Shown: positions 22,181-33,663 of the stretch, piece by piece
How the letters are laid out: every line of letters starts with the position of its first letter
How positions within the stretch are numbered: the first letter of the stretch is position 1
Assembly (NCBI GenBank): GCA_008632985.1
Contig: QPGO01000024.1
Span: 372,001-436,000, forward strand
Source: Psammoneis japonica
Taxonomy: Eukaryota
Length of the DNA stretch: 64,000 nucleotides
Direction of reading: 5' to 3'
The notes under the pieces: model-generated
Told to the model about the DNA's origin: nothing
Seen by the model: only the letters and a program-made list of their open reading frames with translations
Databases searched by the model: none
Translations under genes and position numbers: made by a program

Positions 22181-24968
22181 ATGAATCAACTGACCTGCAC
22201 CACACATCCCTTCTCACCAACATTTACCTTGACTGCTGTTCCCCATAAAATCTGGTGTCTGGAGACCAGCCTTCCAGCATTGAAGTGGTGGCCTCAATTT
22301 TGTTTGCACTGCCAAGGCCTGTGATGATTGTCCACATCATGTGTGAGAGGGAAGCCACCCAAAAGAGTTCACACTTCATCCAAGAAATTCTGATGAACTT
22401 GCAAGCAAGGATCTCATGCTCAAAAGTGCAAGAAAGTGATCAATCCATCTGTCAAGCCAAAAGGACACGGTGCCTGCACCAAATGAAACAAGCAATGCCT
22501 GTGAGCATGTGCTGCATTGTGAAAAGTTCTGTGATGACAAATGACCTTTTCACACTTGCCTTGGTTGTTTCCCACATTGCCATCACTGAAGCTCTCCTGG
22601 CAGACCTGGAAAAGAGCACACAACATGTTGGTGCTTTAACCATGATCTCCTGACTGATTGATGCAATGACTTTGCCTGCAACACTCTCTCACACAACAAC
22701 CAAAGCAAAAATGCTGTGTCTCAAGAGTCTTGTCAACTGGCGCATGGTGCAAAGCTCACTCGAGTGCCTTTCAGAAACATGTTGCCAAGCTCACTTCTCT
22801 TTGCCATGACAGATTGAACCAGCAAAGTGCAGCACACAGAGAGGCTTGCACACAACAACCAAAGTAAAAACACTGTGTTTCCAGCTGATGCATGGTGTGA
22901 AGCTCACTTGAGTGCCTTTCAGAAACATGTCACCAAGCTCACTTCCTTTTGCCAAGACAGACTGAACCAGCAAACTGCAGCACACAGAGAAAACACACAT
23001 GTGAGCTGCACAGGCCACTTGAACAAAAGCAGAGTTCTGACGCATGGAAGGAAAAAACACATGAGACTGTTCTTGACAAGTGTTTAAATGTGGACAGAAT
23101 GAGCCACACAGATGGCTTAAAATGAAAAACAAAGATTCAATCATTTGTGACTTGATGACTGCCAAGAAACAAAATTGACAAAATTGCGTTAATTGAAGAC
23201 ATGTGGACATGATCAGCATGCATGTGAAAATTTTAATTGTCAACAAGTTGTGCTCTTGTCAAGCACAGAAACATGTCACAGATGTTGGCACCATCAGACG
23301 GGGTTGTTTTGAGGCTGCACAAACAAGAACAATGGCATTGCTCCTGGGTGTCAAAGACTGAGGAAAGATCTCCAAGCAGAGGTGTGGTCTCTGACATCTC
23401 CAGAAAGCCAGCATGTGGAGCTCTTTCCACACATGTCCTGCCCATGCAGAGAGGTTGCTGACATGCCCTCCGTTGCTGATCTGCTGTTTTCAAAATGGCA
23501 AATCACAAGGCAGTTGTTTGGCAGGGCAGGTGTGCAGCAGCACCCACCAGCCACCAGCCTTGCTGGCAGGTGCATCATCCCCCCAAGGGGGTGGGCTGGC
23601 AACACCTGAAGCATGTCCCTGGTGACAATTTTTTGGGCTTCCTGCACAGGTCTTGGACCACAAAGAAGCTGAGTGTGTCAGCATGTCTTGAGTGCTTCTT
23701 TGGGGCATGCGGGCTGACAATCATCTTTTCATCACCAGCACACCACAATGAAACATTTAGAAGAGAAGGAGGCTCATGTTGAGGCATGCCTCCCTGAGCT
23801 TGGCTCAACCACAAGACAGAGTGCAGGTGTGCAATGCTTGCAAGCACAGAACATGGCTTCAGCAGAACTTGCAGAAACACTTTGAGCTTGCACACCGCCA
23901 ACAAGTGTGGCTGGGCACCAACGACAAGGGTTTGCTCATGTGCCCACTGCTGGCACAGCGCTGGCAGCACAGCGGCTCTTTGGGGAGAGGGTTGCATTGG
24001 ACACAGGGGAAGGGGAAATTCAAGACATCTTCAAGCTTCTCAAAAAGATGAGGCAGAGGACCAGATTGACACAGGGCTGTCATTCTTGCAGGCCACAAAC
24101 ACAAATCTCCCCCTGGCTCAACAAAGGTGTCTCACAACTCACTCCCAAGAAAGCAGAAAATGTGTTGCAACAGAATGCCCAAAGTTGAGTCTGCAGCTGG
24201 CTGGCACAGGCAAATGACATCTCTCGCCAAGAGGGGGGGAGGGCAGGGAGAGAGCAGAGGAACAAGAAAGAGAAAACTTTCGGGCATGCTTGACTTCTCA
24301 CAATGCAGAGCCAACAATGGACAAACACAACTTTGTTGAGGCATGTTCACAGTTTGGGAAGCAGCATCATTGAAAGTGGCATCGGGCTCTTGGGGTGTGT
24401 CCCTTCCATGAGTTGCTGAGAGCGTGTGTGTTGCCAGTGTGGCATGGTGTCACAGGTCAACGACAACAAGGCACAGTCCATTTGAAGTTTGAAGTGCACA
24501 TCAGTTTCATCAAACCCGGTCAACAGCTCAAGGTCATTGAAAGGAGGAGAGTCCTCATTCTTAAGCTGAAGAGATTTTACCAATGGAATCAAGATCTCGT
24601 CATGGCGATGTTTTTATGCCCACACGGCGGGTCGTTGCTGCTGGGAGAGATGGCCCACTTTACGGCCGGCACCGGCCGGCCGGTAAATGCCACCCTGCGC
24701 GAGCGCGGTACGTACAGTACATCGTCCGTCTTACAGTGTACCATACTGTACGTCCGAGTCCGGATCGGATGGAGAGGCTTGCTGACTTTTACTGTATTAC
24801 AAAGGACACGAACAAAACACCACAAAAACCGAAAACAATAACATTCAACATCAACAACAGCGAAGCGTTGGTTGTGGTTTCATAGTATTTCGTTTGGGAG
24901 CCCAGGCCCAGGGAGCCTTCTTTCTAGTTATCTGGTGATCGATACCGATTTAAGGGTGATAGCATCTC

Positions 24969-26732
24969 ATGAGCAGCAAGGAGTCTGACGAGAGGCCGCC
25001 GGTGTCAAATGGCAAAGACGATGAGTGTTCTTTGGATCGAACATTTGTCTACCAAAACAAATTAACGGGTCAGCCGTCCACCGTGACTCTCTCTACACGC
25101 CAGCTGTGCCGCATTCTCTGTCCTACGTCTTCTGGAAACGCTGTCGTTGTTGGCAGAAATATTCAAGGTACTACGCTTGTTCTGGGCTTCGATCCTTCGA
25201 CCGGCAAGTATGATGAAAAGGGATGGATGCCAGCAAATCAAGTTCCAGTCTTGAAGGAAGCTTGTTCTCAATGGTACTATTGTTCCACAGAACAACAACA
25301 AAAGGTGGAGGGACCGGTATCGTGTAATGAAATGGAAAAATTGATAAAGGAAGGTTCAATAGATCCTACAACGACCAAAGTTGTATCCGCAGCTACTGAA
25401 AACAAATGGAGATTTCTTCGGGAAGCCATGTGTCTGCTGTCGGCACTGGATGCATTCGACACGCCTCAAACACCTCCTTCGTTGCACATTAAGAAACTTT
25501 CTACAGGAAAGACGGCCAAAATCACATCTGCACCAGAGAATGCTCTAGAATCGCAGCAACAACAATATGATGAGTGTCTCATGACGTTTGACGCAGACAC
25601 GCAGAATGGACCAAAGGACGAAACTGCGACGGGGAAAGAAAAAGAGATCCAGGATGAATTGGAAGCGTTTCTATCATCCACTACTGGTGACTCTCACATA
25701 AGAGAAGAGGAAGAAGAGGAGTACGTAAGCGATGGCGGCACAGTTTACGGCAAGTGTCCACGAACTGGAAATTGGGTTCACTCCGATCTAATTGCAATGG
25801 CGCCAGCCACACAGCACAAGCGACCAGCATCATCCGCAAAGCCACAAGATGCAGTACCAAAAACTAAGAAACGCAAAAAGCCAAAGTTCGCTGCTAAGAA
25901 TGCTAAATGCTGGGTCTATGTGACGGGTTTGCCTAACGATTGTTCAGAAGCCGAGGTTGCCAAGTTCTTCTCTCGTGTCGGTATTTTGGATTTGAATCCC
26001 GAAACCCAAGCACCAAAAATCAAGCTCTATCGCGATAAGAAAAATGGCGGCGGACTCAAAGGCGATGCTTCGGTGTGCTTTGCAAGGCCAGAGTCTGTGG
26101 ACTTGGCCATTAACATTTTGGACGAGACACCCTTTCGTATAGAAACTCCCAACGACCATTTGGTCAAAATCCAGCAAGCGAAATTTGAGCAGCATGGCGA
26201 CGTCTTTGAGCGTAAAGGCGCTATTTCTAATGCGAAGCGCAAGGTTGCTAAACTAGCAGCCATCCAAGCCATGGACTGGGATGATGAGGGAGCCAATGGA
26301 CGGATCTCGGGAGGACGAAAGGGACTGTGTATTATTGTGCTCAAACACATGTTTGACCCGTCCCTACTCGACGAGAAGAGAGAAGATGAAACTTTACACC
26401 GCTTGGAGCGGGAGGTTAAGCAGACCTGTGAAGCATGGGGAACGGTTGAGAAGATAACAGTATTCTCAAAGCACCCTGAGGGTGTTGTCATTGTGAAATT
26501 CAGCCAGCCTACCGCAGCAAGTGAAGCTATTAAAGAATACAGCGGAAAAGTGAGAAATATTGGTTCAAAGGTCAACATTGAAGCTAGTTTCTGGGATGGT
26601 GTTACAGACTACACAGTACGGGACGAAGCGAGGGAGAAACAAGAGGAAGAGAAGCGAATAGATGAGTTTGGATCGTGGCTTGAGAATCAGGAGATCCCGG
26701 ACGAGTTAAAGCTGCAAGTTGAGGCAAGTTGA
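24969..26732 (+). CDS. HTATSF1: Tat-SF1/Cus2 U2 snRNP-associated splicing factor with N-terminal GYF-like domain
   Basis: RRM WVYVTGLP..KIKLYRD..KGDASVCF..ESVDLA; UHM IIVLKHMF..HPEGVVIVKF..FWDG; WYY..VEGPVS GYF_2-like segment. Confidence 0.88.
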   Translation: MSSKESDERPPVSNGKDDECSLDRTFVYQNKLTGQPSTVTLSTRQLCRILCPTSSGNAVVVGRNIQGTTLVLGFDPSTGKYDEKGWMPANQVPVLKEACSQWYYCSTEQQQKVEGPVSCNEMEKLIKEGSIDPTTTKVVSAATENKWRFLREAMCLLSALDAFDTPQTPPSLHIKKLSTGKTAKITSAPENALESQQQQYDECLMTFDADTQNGPKDETATGKEKEIQDELEAFLSSTTGDSHIREEEEEEYVSDGGTVYGKCPRTGNWVHSDLIAMAPATQHKRPASSAKPQDAVPKTKKRKKPKFAAKNAKCWVYVTGLPNDCSEAEVAKFFSRVGILDLNPETQAPKIKLYRDKKNGGGLKGDASVCFARPESVDLAINILDETPFRIETPNDHLVKIQQAKFEQHGDVFERKGAISNAKRKVAKLAAIQAMDWDDEGANGRISGGRKGLCIIVLKHMFDPSLLDEKREDETLHRLEREVKQTCEAWGTVEKITVFSKHPEGVVIVKFSQPTAASEAIKEYSGKVRNIGSKVNIEASFWDGVTDYTVRDEAREKQEEEKRIDEFGSWLENQEIPDELKLQVEAS

Positions 26733-26754
26733 GTAGTAAGAAATAGATCCACGG

Positions 26755-27567
26755 TTAAGGCAGTGATGTGTCTTTTTCGTTGGACGCATCGCATCGCGTT
26801 CCCTCGTCTGCCATTGCTTCTGAGAGTTTGATAAACATTTTGGGCGATAATTCAAACCCAACAGCAGGAAATAGCATGGACATCCAACTCAACAAAGTGC
26901 AACCATTATTGTAACTAGAACTTGCAAGTAATCGCAATCGCGTCTTCGATTCACAGGGATGAATAAAGAAGCAAGGGGTGCCAGTTACCGGATGCTCGTC
27001 CTGTGACACGAAGTCCCAGCTGTCCAGTAAACTGTCGTCTTTCGTGGGGGAAGATGACATTAAAATCTCAACTATCTGAGAGCGCAAGCACGGAGACCCG
27101 TCATGCCAGTGGACGCTGAAATATAAAACCGGCGTCTCCCACGTGTCGCTGTAGACTATGCTGAACTTCCACTCTGTCAATTGCTTTCTTTCTGTGTGTA
27201 CAACGCCATCATCTTTGATTAGGGTATAGTCGATGAGCTCGTCCTCGTTATCTTCGCTTGTATCGCCATTGACTCTTTTCTGCATTGATACATATTTAAG
27301 CACGGGTGGGTGATTGAGATAGACCCACTGATTCTTGTTCTTAAGCGAGTCGTCGTCGCCATTCTCAGGTGACAGGTGCCAATTATCAAGAACCGGCCAA
27401 TGTTGGCACAACTCTCGTTTAGATCGATGGATACCGTCAAAGTGCTCCAGCGCCCTAAGGAAAGATCGGGCTTCCTTCGCAAATTCGGCTCGATTGATTC
27501 TCATGCTGGAAGGCCTTCCTTTGTTAGTTGATCCTGTATCTCCGGACTGGGACGCGTGAACGTTCAT
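26755..27567 (-). CDS. ATG10: Autophagy E2-like enzyme Atg10
   Basis: IVYSDTWETPVLYF and VSQDEHPVTGTPCFFIHPC (catalytic HPC); start uncertain (27567 or 27504). Confidence 0.8.
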   Translation of the reverse strand: MNVHASQSGDTGSTNKGRPSSMRINRAEFAKEARSFLRALEHFDGIHRSKRELCQHWPVLDNWHLSPENGDDDSLKNKNQWVYLNHPPVLKYVSMQKRVNGDTSEDNEDELIDYTLIKDDGVVHTERKQLTEWKFSIVYSDTWETPVLYFSVHWHDGSPCLRSQIVEILMSSSPTKDDSLLDSWDFVSQDEHPVTGTPCFFIHPCESKTRLRLLASSSYNNGCTLLSWMSMLFPAVGFELSPKMFIKLSEAMADEGTRCDASNEKDTSLP

Positions 27568-27849
27568 GGTCGCAACTGCATCGCACGTCGAACAAACATG
27601 AGGCGACACCGGTATGGGCCCTATTTTAATTGTAATACATGTACCGGTAGATCGAGAACGATGAGCAAAAATCAAAAATGCGCGAGAAACGAGAATCTGA
27701 AAACGGCGGTGTCTGGTGGTCTGGCCTTCTCTCTTGACGCATGCGTCATTTTCGTTCAAAACATTGTGATGTGCGATGAGATGAGTGCGATCTGGCGATG
27801 GTGAAGCATCAAATCAACAACCTGAGAGCGAAGTATTCTTGTGATTACA

Positions 27850-29918
27850 ATGCTGTCTGCCGTGTCAAAAAGACTCGGGCTTCGTTCTTGGAGAAGACAA
27901 GCGGTTTCCCAACCCGCTGCACGAAAATTGAGTGGGAAAGACTTGGATGAATACGCTCCTGAAGCTGTTCCAACCGAAGGAGAATGGGCTGGGTGTTCTC
28001 GTAGGTTCATGGAACCCGTGAGAATCTCCGTTCGCGGTGCGGATATCTTGACAGCTCCACTTTTTAATAAGGGAACCGCTTTCAAAAGCGGTGAGCGAGA
28101 TCGCTTACGTTTTCGTGGTTGCTTCCACCTCGAAAGATGAACATAATGTTGCAAAAGGAACAATTCTTGCGTGAGATGCGTAAGCTGGATAGTAATATTC
28201 GAAAGAACGTAATGCTGGAGGACTTGCATGATCGAAACGAAACTCTGTACCACCGAGTGTTGGTGGATCACATAGAGGAGATGGCCCCTTTGATTTACAC
28301 CCCAACAGTCGGTCAAGCCTGTTCTGAGTTTGCAAATCTCTTTCGCCGTCCTCGGGGAATGTACTTTACCGAGGAAGATCGGGGTCAAATGGCTGCCAGT
28401 AAGTTTGCGTCAAAGCTTTTCTTGATTCGAGAACTTTTTGATCGGTGTCCTCACCTATTGTTACCCACAGTGGTTTACAACTGGCCGTCATCGGACGTTC
28501 ATGTCATTGTGGTCACTGACGGATCCCGAATTTTAGGACTTGGCGATCTCGGTGCTAACGGCATGGGAATACCCATTGGAAAGCTTTCGCTGTATTGTGC
28601 AGCTGGGGGCATTGCGCCTCATCGAGTCTTACCAGTGGTGCTCGATGTAGGCACTGACAATGAGGAGCTTCTGAATGATCCTTTTTATCTTGGAGTTCAA
28701 AAGAAACGACTGACAGGTAAAGAGTACTATCACTTAGTGGATGAGTTTATGCAAGCTGTGCGATACAGATGGCCAAAGGTGATGGTCCAGTTTGAAGATT
28801 TTTCGAGTGACAAGGCACAGGTACGTGATTGGGTGATCCTTTTGAATTTGCACGCAACACAATTCGCAACTTTTGACTTCTTCGTCTTTGAAACAGAAAT
28901 TGCTAAACAAGTACCGGAATGAGCATCTCTGTTTCAATGATGATATCCAGGGAACTGGCGCTACTACGCTAGCGGGTGTTCTTGGAGGAATTCGAGCCAA
29001 GGGAGGAGATGTTAGCACTCTAGGAGACGAACGGATTCTTATTGCTGGAGCGGGAAGTGCCGGTATCGGTGTCGCTCAGGTTTTGATGCAAGCCATGGTT
29101 GAACAAGGGCGTAGCGAGGATGATGCTCGAAGTGCGTTTTTTATTGCCGATCAAGACGGTCTACTGAGCGCTGACCGACTTGATGAGTTGTCTCCTGAAC
29201 AGGCGGTGTTTGCACGAAGCACTGATGGCGGCATGCCCTTGTTGGAGATTGTGAAAAATTACAAACCGACAATTTTGTTGGGTATGACGACCGTTGGTGG
29301 ACTCTTTACAGAAGAACTTGTTACTGAAATGCATAAGAATTGTGACAGGCCCATTATTTTTCCGCTCAGCAACCCAACGACTAAAGCTGAGTGCACGGCA
29401 GAACAAGCGTTTGAGTGGACTGACGGTAAATGCATATTTGCAGCAGGAAGCCCCTTTGATCCTGTCACTATGGATGATGGAAGAGTGTTCTATCCTACTC
29501 AATGTAACAACAGTAAGTGTTTCGTGTACTCGGGTGTGACTTCCGTTCCCTTTTTAACGGCCACTCGTTAACGTGCGTTCTTTTTTCTGTCACAGTGTAT
29601 GTTTTTCCCGGAATTGGTTTGGGCGCCACACTTTGCGGGGCTAGAAGTGTAACGGACCGCATGCTCTATATTGCGGCAGAAGCCCTGGCCAACTTTGTTT
29701 CGCACGACGAACTGGCTGAGGGTAAGGTATTCCCGCACATTTCCAAGATCCGCGAGGTATCTCATCGTGTTGCCGTGGCGGTTGTCAAGGAGGCAGTGAG
29801 CAGTGGTCAAGCCACCTCTCCCATTCCAGAGGATAAGACAGTGGAAGAGTTTGTCGCGGACAAAATGTATTACCCTGAATACACTCCTCTTGTGGAGAAA
29901 CGAGCGATATCTATCTAA
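27850..29918 (+). CDS. Malic enzyme, probably mitochondrial; introns ~28399-28470, 28821-28897, 29513-29595; apparent 1-nt deletion at ~28119
   Basis: FNKGTAF, PLIYTPTVG, VVTDGSRILGLGDLG, QFEDF, FNDDIQGTG, GAGSAGIG, PLSNPT, QCNN; Arg/Ser-rich N-terminal presequence. Confidence 0.93.
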
Positions 29919-29944
29919 AACCTAGAGAGTATACATTGTCTAAT

Positions 29945-30527
29945 TTATATGCGAGGAACAATAGCAAATGTGCACTGTTCGTAGGTGGTGCAGCAAATAT
30001 CTTGACATTCTGATAAGCATTCTTCTCTGGACTTGGCAAATCCATCTGGTCCGGCAATGTTTTCGCATTGATTCTGTGTAATAGAGGAAAACGAAAAAGC
30101 ATAATGTTAAGACGAAATATCGTTGGCAAAGTAGTGTTTACCCTTTTTCCTAGTAGTAATGCACTTACTTTGCAATCCGAGACTGAACGTAGGAATTTGG
30201 GTCCTTCCGCGTCCCCGGACCATCCTTTTTCGCCGCGTCCGACTTGCCTGGAATTTTCGGTGGCTTCCCAGAAAGCCAAATGGTTTTTTCTTCCGCCGCA
30301 CTAGCCGCAGCGCCTTTCATTAGCAGTGAACCTACAACACAACTCGCCATTTTCTTAATCGCCAGCCTTCGCGATTCTTTGATGTCCTGATCACCTTGTT
30401 GTGTTGCTAGCAAGTGCATGCTACTTTTGCGATTCGTAGACAAGACTGAATGAGGATATGGTGTGAAACCCGCAACCACCTCGAGGATACAGCATAGTAG
30501 AGCTGCCCATAACATCAACCGCGACAT
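29945..30527 (-). CDS. Small Cys-rich plastid (probably lumen) targeted protein; one intron (~30074-30168); 1-nt deletion at ~30195
   Basis: Signal peptide ending VAG-F, RR and AASA-A; restored frame GTRKDPxFLRSVSDCK|NQCE..ECLSECQDICCTTYEQCTF. Confidence 0.65.
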
Positions 30528-30978
30528 GATGGACCTTCTCCAATGTCGACTACGTGCGATTACAGTACCGTACACACACAACAACGACAACTATCGATGA
30601 ATGATGAATGATGTGATGTGATGATGATGATGGGTGCGATTGATGTGTCGAGGATGGATGTGCGCGCGCGCGGGTCCGTTGCGGGATGCGTCGTCACAAC
30701 TTGAAACTGACACACTCAGCTGGACACACTGACAGACGCCAGAAGTTCCTTTCTCTGATAGCGGATGACAGCAAGACGCACATTCCTCGTACGCATGGAG
30801 GGCAATAAGTATTCAAGCAGCTGTTCTCTCATTACATATGGAACTTCAACACCTACATCACTGTGACATGGAAATCCAATCCAGATCTTTCGCCCGCCCA
30901 GCAGCCATCAGGAAGACTCCTCGCTTTGCTCGGCGTCGGCTTCTTGTCGTCATTGATTGCGTGATTGATCTTGCAACC

Positions 30979-31847
30979 ATGAAGGCTTACCGTGCCGTTG
31001 TGCTCCTGACGACAGTCACCGCCGTCTCGGCGTTCGTTCCCTCGACGACGAAGAAGACGGTCGCCGCCTTGAAGATGTCGTCGATTGGGTTTCCCGATGA
31101 CTACAGCGATAAGCCTCTGCATCAGCCGCAGAAGAGCACGACACCAGTTCCCGCCAAGCCCGTCAATTGGCTCCAGAAACAAGCTCAGGGCACCGTGGTG
31201 ATTGATCCTGACTATTATCTTACTTGGGCTTTTGCTCTCGTCGGTGCTCTCATCATGTGGTATCATCCATGTAAGCTGTACATATTATGCACGATCGGAT
31301 CTTTGCGTTGCTCGATATCATGCTTCTACAGTATAATGTATTCACTTAAATCGTTATGCTGACGTCTCTCTCTCTCTCTCCTCTCTCTTCTCGTACTGCA
31401 GCCTACGCCGCCGATGGCTCTCCGTCGTTGATTGGCATCTTTGGAGGTGGCTTCCACATTCTGTTTGCGGGTTTGTTGTACTCGCAGACTTCTCGCGTGC
31501 GTTGTGTCTTTGAGAAAGATTCGTTTGAGTTCTACAACCTCAAGGGCCGTGGTGAAAACGCCAAGCTAGTTCCCAAACCTGACAATTACGTCAGTGGCAC
31601 TCGCAACCGCTGGAAGTACGACAAGATTATCAACTGGGGATTCTTCCCCTCTTTGGAGTATCCCGTTATTTGCTACTTTAAGGAGACCGAAACACCCGAG
31701 TCGCAGTGGAACCAGTGGTTTGCGGCATTTGACTCTTATGGAAGGGGACAGCCGCACTTCTTCCCCGGTATTTGCAACGCCAGGCAATTCAAGAAGCAAA
31801 TGGAAGCTCGCGGCGTCAAGAAGAAGCCGCTTCCAAAGAAGGATTAG
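30979..31847 (+). CDS. DUF3119-family plastid membrane protein; intron 31271-31401
   Basis: Signal peptide with VSA-FVP heterokont plastid motif; RVRCVF, NRWKYDKIINW, YFKETET, QPHFFP; strong codon bias. Confidence 0.8.
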
Positions 31848-32061
31848 AATATCCCACGCCAATCATTTTCTCATCCATCGTCTCGAGGGAGACACAGAGG
31901 AAAGAGTATCGGAGCAGACATGGTGTGCGAGGTGCGAGAACGTTACACATGGCATAATATTATATGTACGCATTGAGCCACCATACTAGATAATTTTTAC
32001 CATAAATCATTAGTACCGTCTAAAAATCATAGCATGGAAGCTCACAACCGACTCTCCAATC

Positions 32062-32960
32062 CTACTTTTTCTTGAGACTGTCCAAATAATTTCCAATGGT
32101 TTCTTGTACAGAATCTTGCTTTATCGTGTTGCAAAAGAGATCGATATCTTCTTGTCGGGTTGCAAAAGCCGGTCGAGATGCTGTTTTCGTGATGACAGTT
32201 TACTCGCGTGCCGAGCGGAAGCAGGAACCAAGTTCCACCTTGACGCCTCTTGCTGAGCTCTCGCAATCACGTCGTCTTCATCCACAATGTCATCAACCAG
32301 TCCGATTCCTAAAGCCTCGTTTGAGGAAAACAACAATCCCAAGGACAAGCCCATTTCAGCTTGGCGGTGACCAATCGTTGACACGAAAAGCTGCCCAATC
32401 CACGGTGTCGGCACAATTCCCAGTTTTGTTTCGTTCAACCCAATCTTCAACTTGGAATTAGAAGACATGATGCGATAATCACACGATAGGGTCATAATAC
32501 ATCCACCAGCAACGGCGTGTCCCTCAATGGCTGCAATACAGGCCAGCCGCGAACTGTACAAATCTAAATGAAGCTGTTGAAAGGCTTCCCAGAAAAGCCT
32601 AAGACGGTCGTGGTCCGGGTTGTACATTTCGAGAATATCAAGTCCAGCTGAAAAGACTGTTGGCAATGCGGATGCTAACACCAATGTAGTGATTTTCTTT
32701 TCCTTTTCGATATCCTTGATCGACTTGGAAACAGCTCTGCACATTTCCAGGGACAACGAATTTACTGGGGGCTTATCCATACGGAGCGTTGCAACACCCG
32801 AGTCATGATTGATTTCTGTCAAAACCAAATCAGATGCCCTTGTTGAAAAATATGATTTTGGTCGGGAACACCCGAGCATGCTTTTCGAACCTTGGCTACA
32901 AAAGTTACAAAACGCCGACGGTGCAAGCCTCATCAGCATTTCCTTGTTCATGACTTCCAT
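32062..32960 (-). CDS. ECI1: Mitochondrial enoyl-CoA delta isomerase (crotonase family); 1-nt deletion at ~32163
   Basis: MDKPPVNSLSLE, FSAGLDI, AAIEGHAVAGGC, IGLNETKLGI; restoring one base gives ATRQEDIDLFC..YLDSLKKK*. Confidence 0.85.
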
Positions 32961-33663
32961 CGTGTTGGCACGTCGTTGACAAAACGAAATCTTTTTCTGG
33001 CTGTCGTTGCGGAACGGCTACAGTGGCACGGGGTCTATGGTGAGGAAAGCTACTGAAGTGACTACACTTGACTTGCTTTTGGTAATGGTGGCCTTGATAT
33101 TCTGTGTGGCGGCGACAAACCCGGCCATCATCATTGTCTTTGACATTTTTTTTACTGGAGAAAAAAAGAGCTCGTCAAATACTTCACCTTGAGTCACGAT
33201 TTGGCGGGACTCGCGGGCATGGATCGAGTCGTCCACGCGCACGTACCGGTACATTCTATCTGGTACCTACAAAAAAAGATGTTTGTGATTTTTTTTTCAA
33301 TCATAAAAAATCGATAAACCGGAACAGTAGGCTAGAGAGATAACTCTCTTTGCTCTCTACTCTAGAGCTAGAGAGGAACCTCTAGAGTAGTAGTAGCCCT
33401 ACTCTAGCTAGAGTAGCTAAAGAGATTGCGGTAGCTCTATAATGCAGCTAGCTAGAGCAGAAGGCCCTACAGTAGACTACAGTCAGTAGAGAGTCGTAGC
33501 TACTGCGTAGGACCGTGAGGAAAAATACAAATACAAGGTGTTCGAGGACATTGTTTTTGTGTTGCGATGGTTGTGTGATGTACTTCTAGTTAGCACATTC
33601 CGTACCGTAGAGTGAAAGTGAGAGACGTAAACCTATACATAATGAAATGCCGAGAGCCATAAT

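Larger units (their letters stand above)
13410..24560. mobile_element. Large decayed repeat block, TpA- and CpG-depleted tract 2 (interrupted by TIR element 21262-22180)
   Basis: Near-total loss of TA and CG over ~10 kb; internal duplications (15270-15570, 19650-19780, 19870-20010 with a copy at 23060); poly-G at 13467; family not identifiable; boundaries approximate. Confidence 0.7.

Noticed and set aside
13410..24560. Alternative genetic code or simple CpG methylation decay as the explanation of the odd composition
   Set aside because: Neighbouring genes use the standard code with normal Tyr; CpG decay cannot remove TA; the loss is frame-independent
4583..24592. Dozens of overlapping Cys/His/Gln-rich ORFs in the depleted tracts (also 52480-57259)
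   Set aside because: By-product of losing TAA/TAG stops and Tyr codons; they occur in all six frames with no domain motifs
13250..24700. LTRs or TIRs bounding tract 2 (and tract 3)
   Set aside because: Only patchy similarity between ends; not supportable by eye
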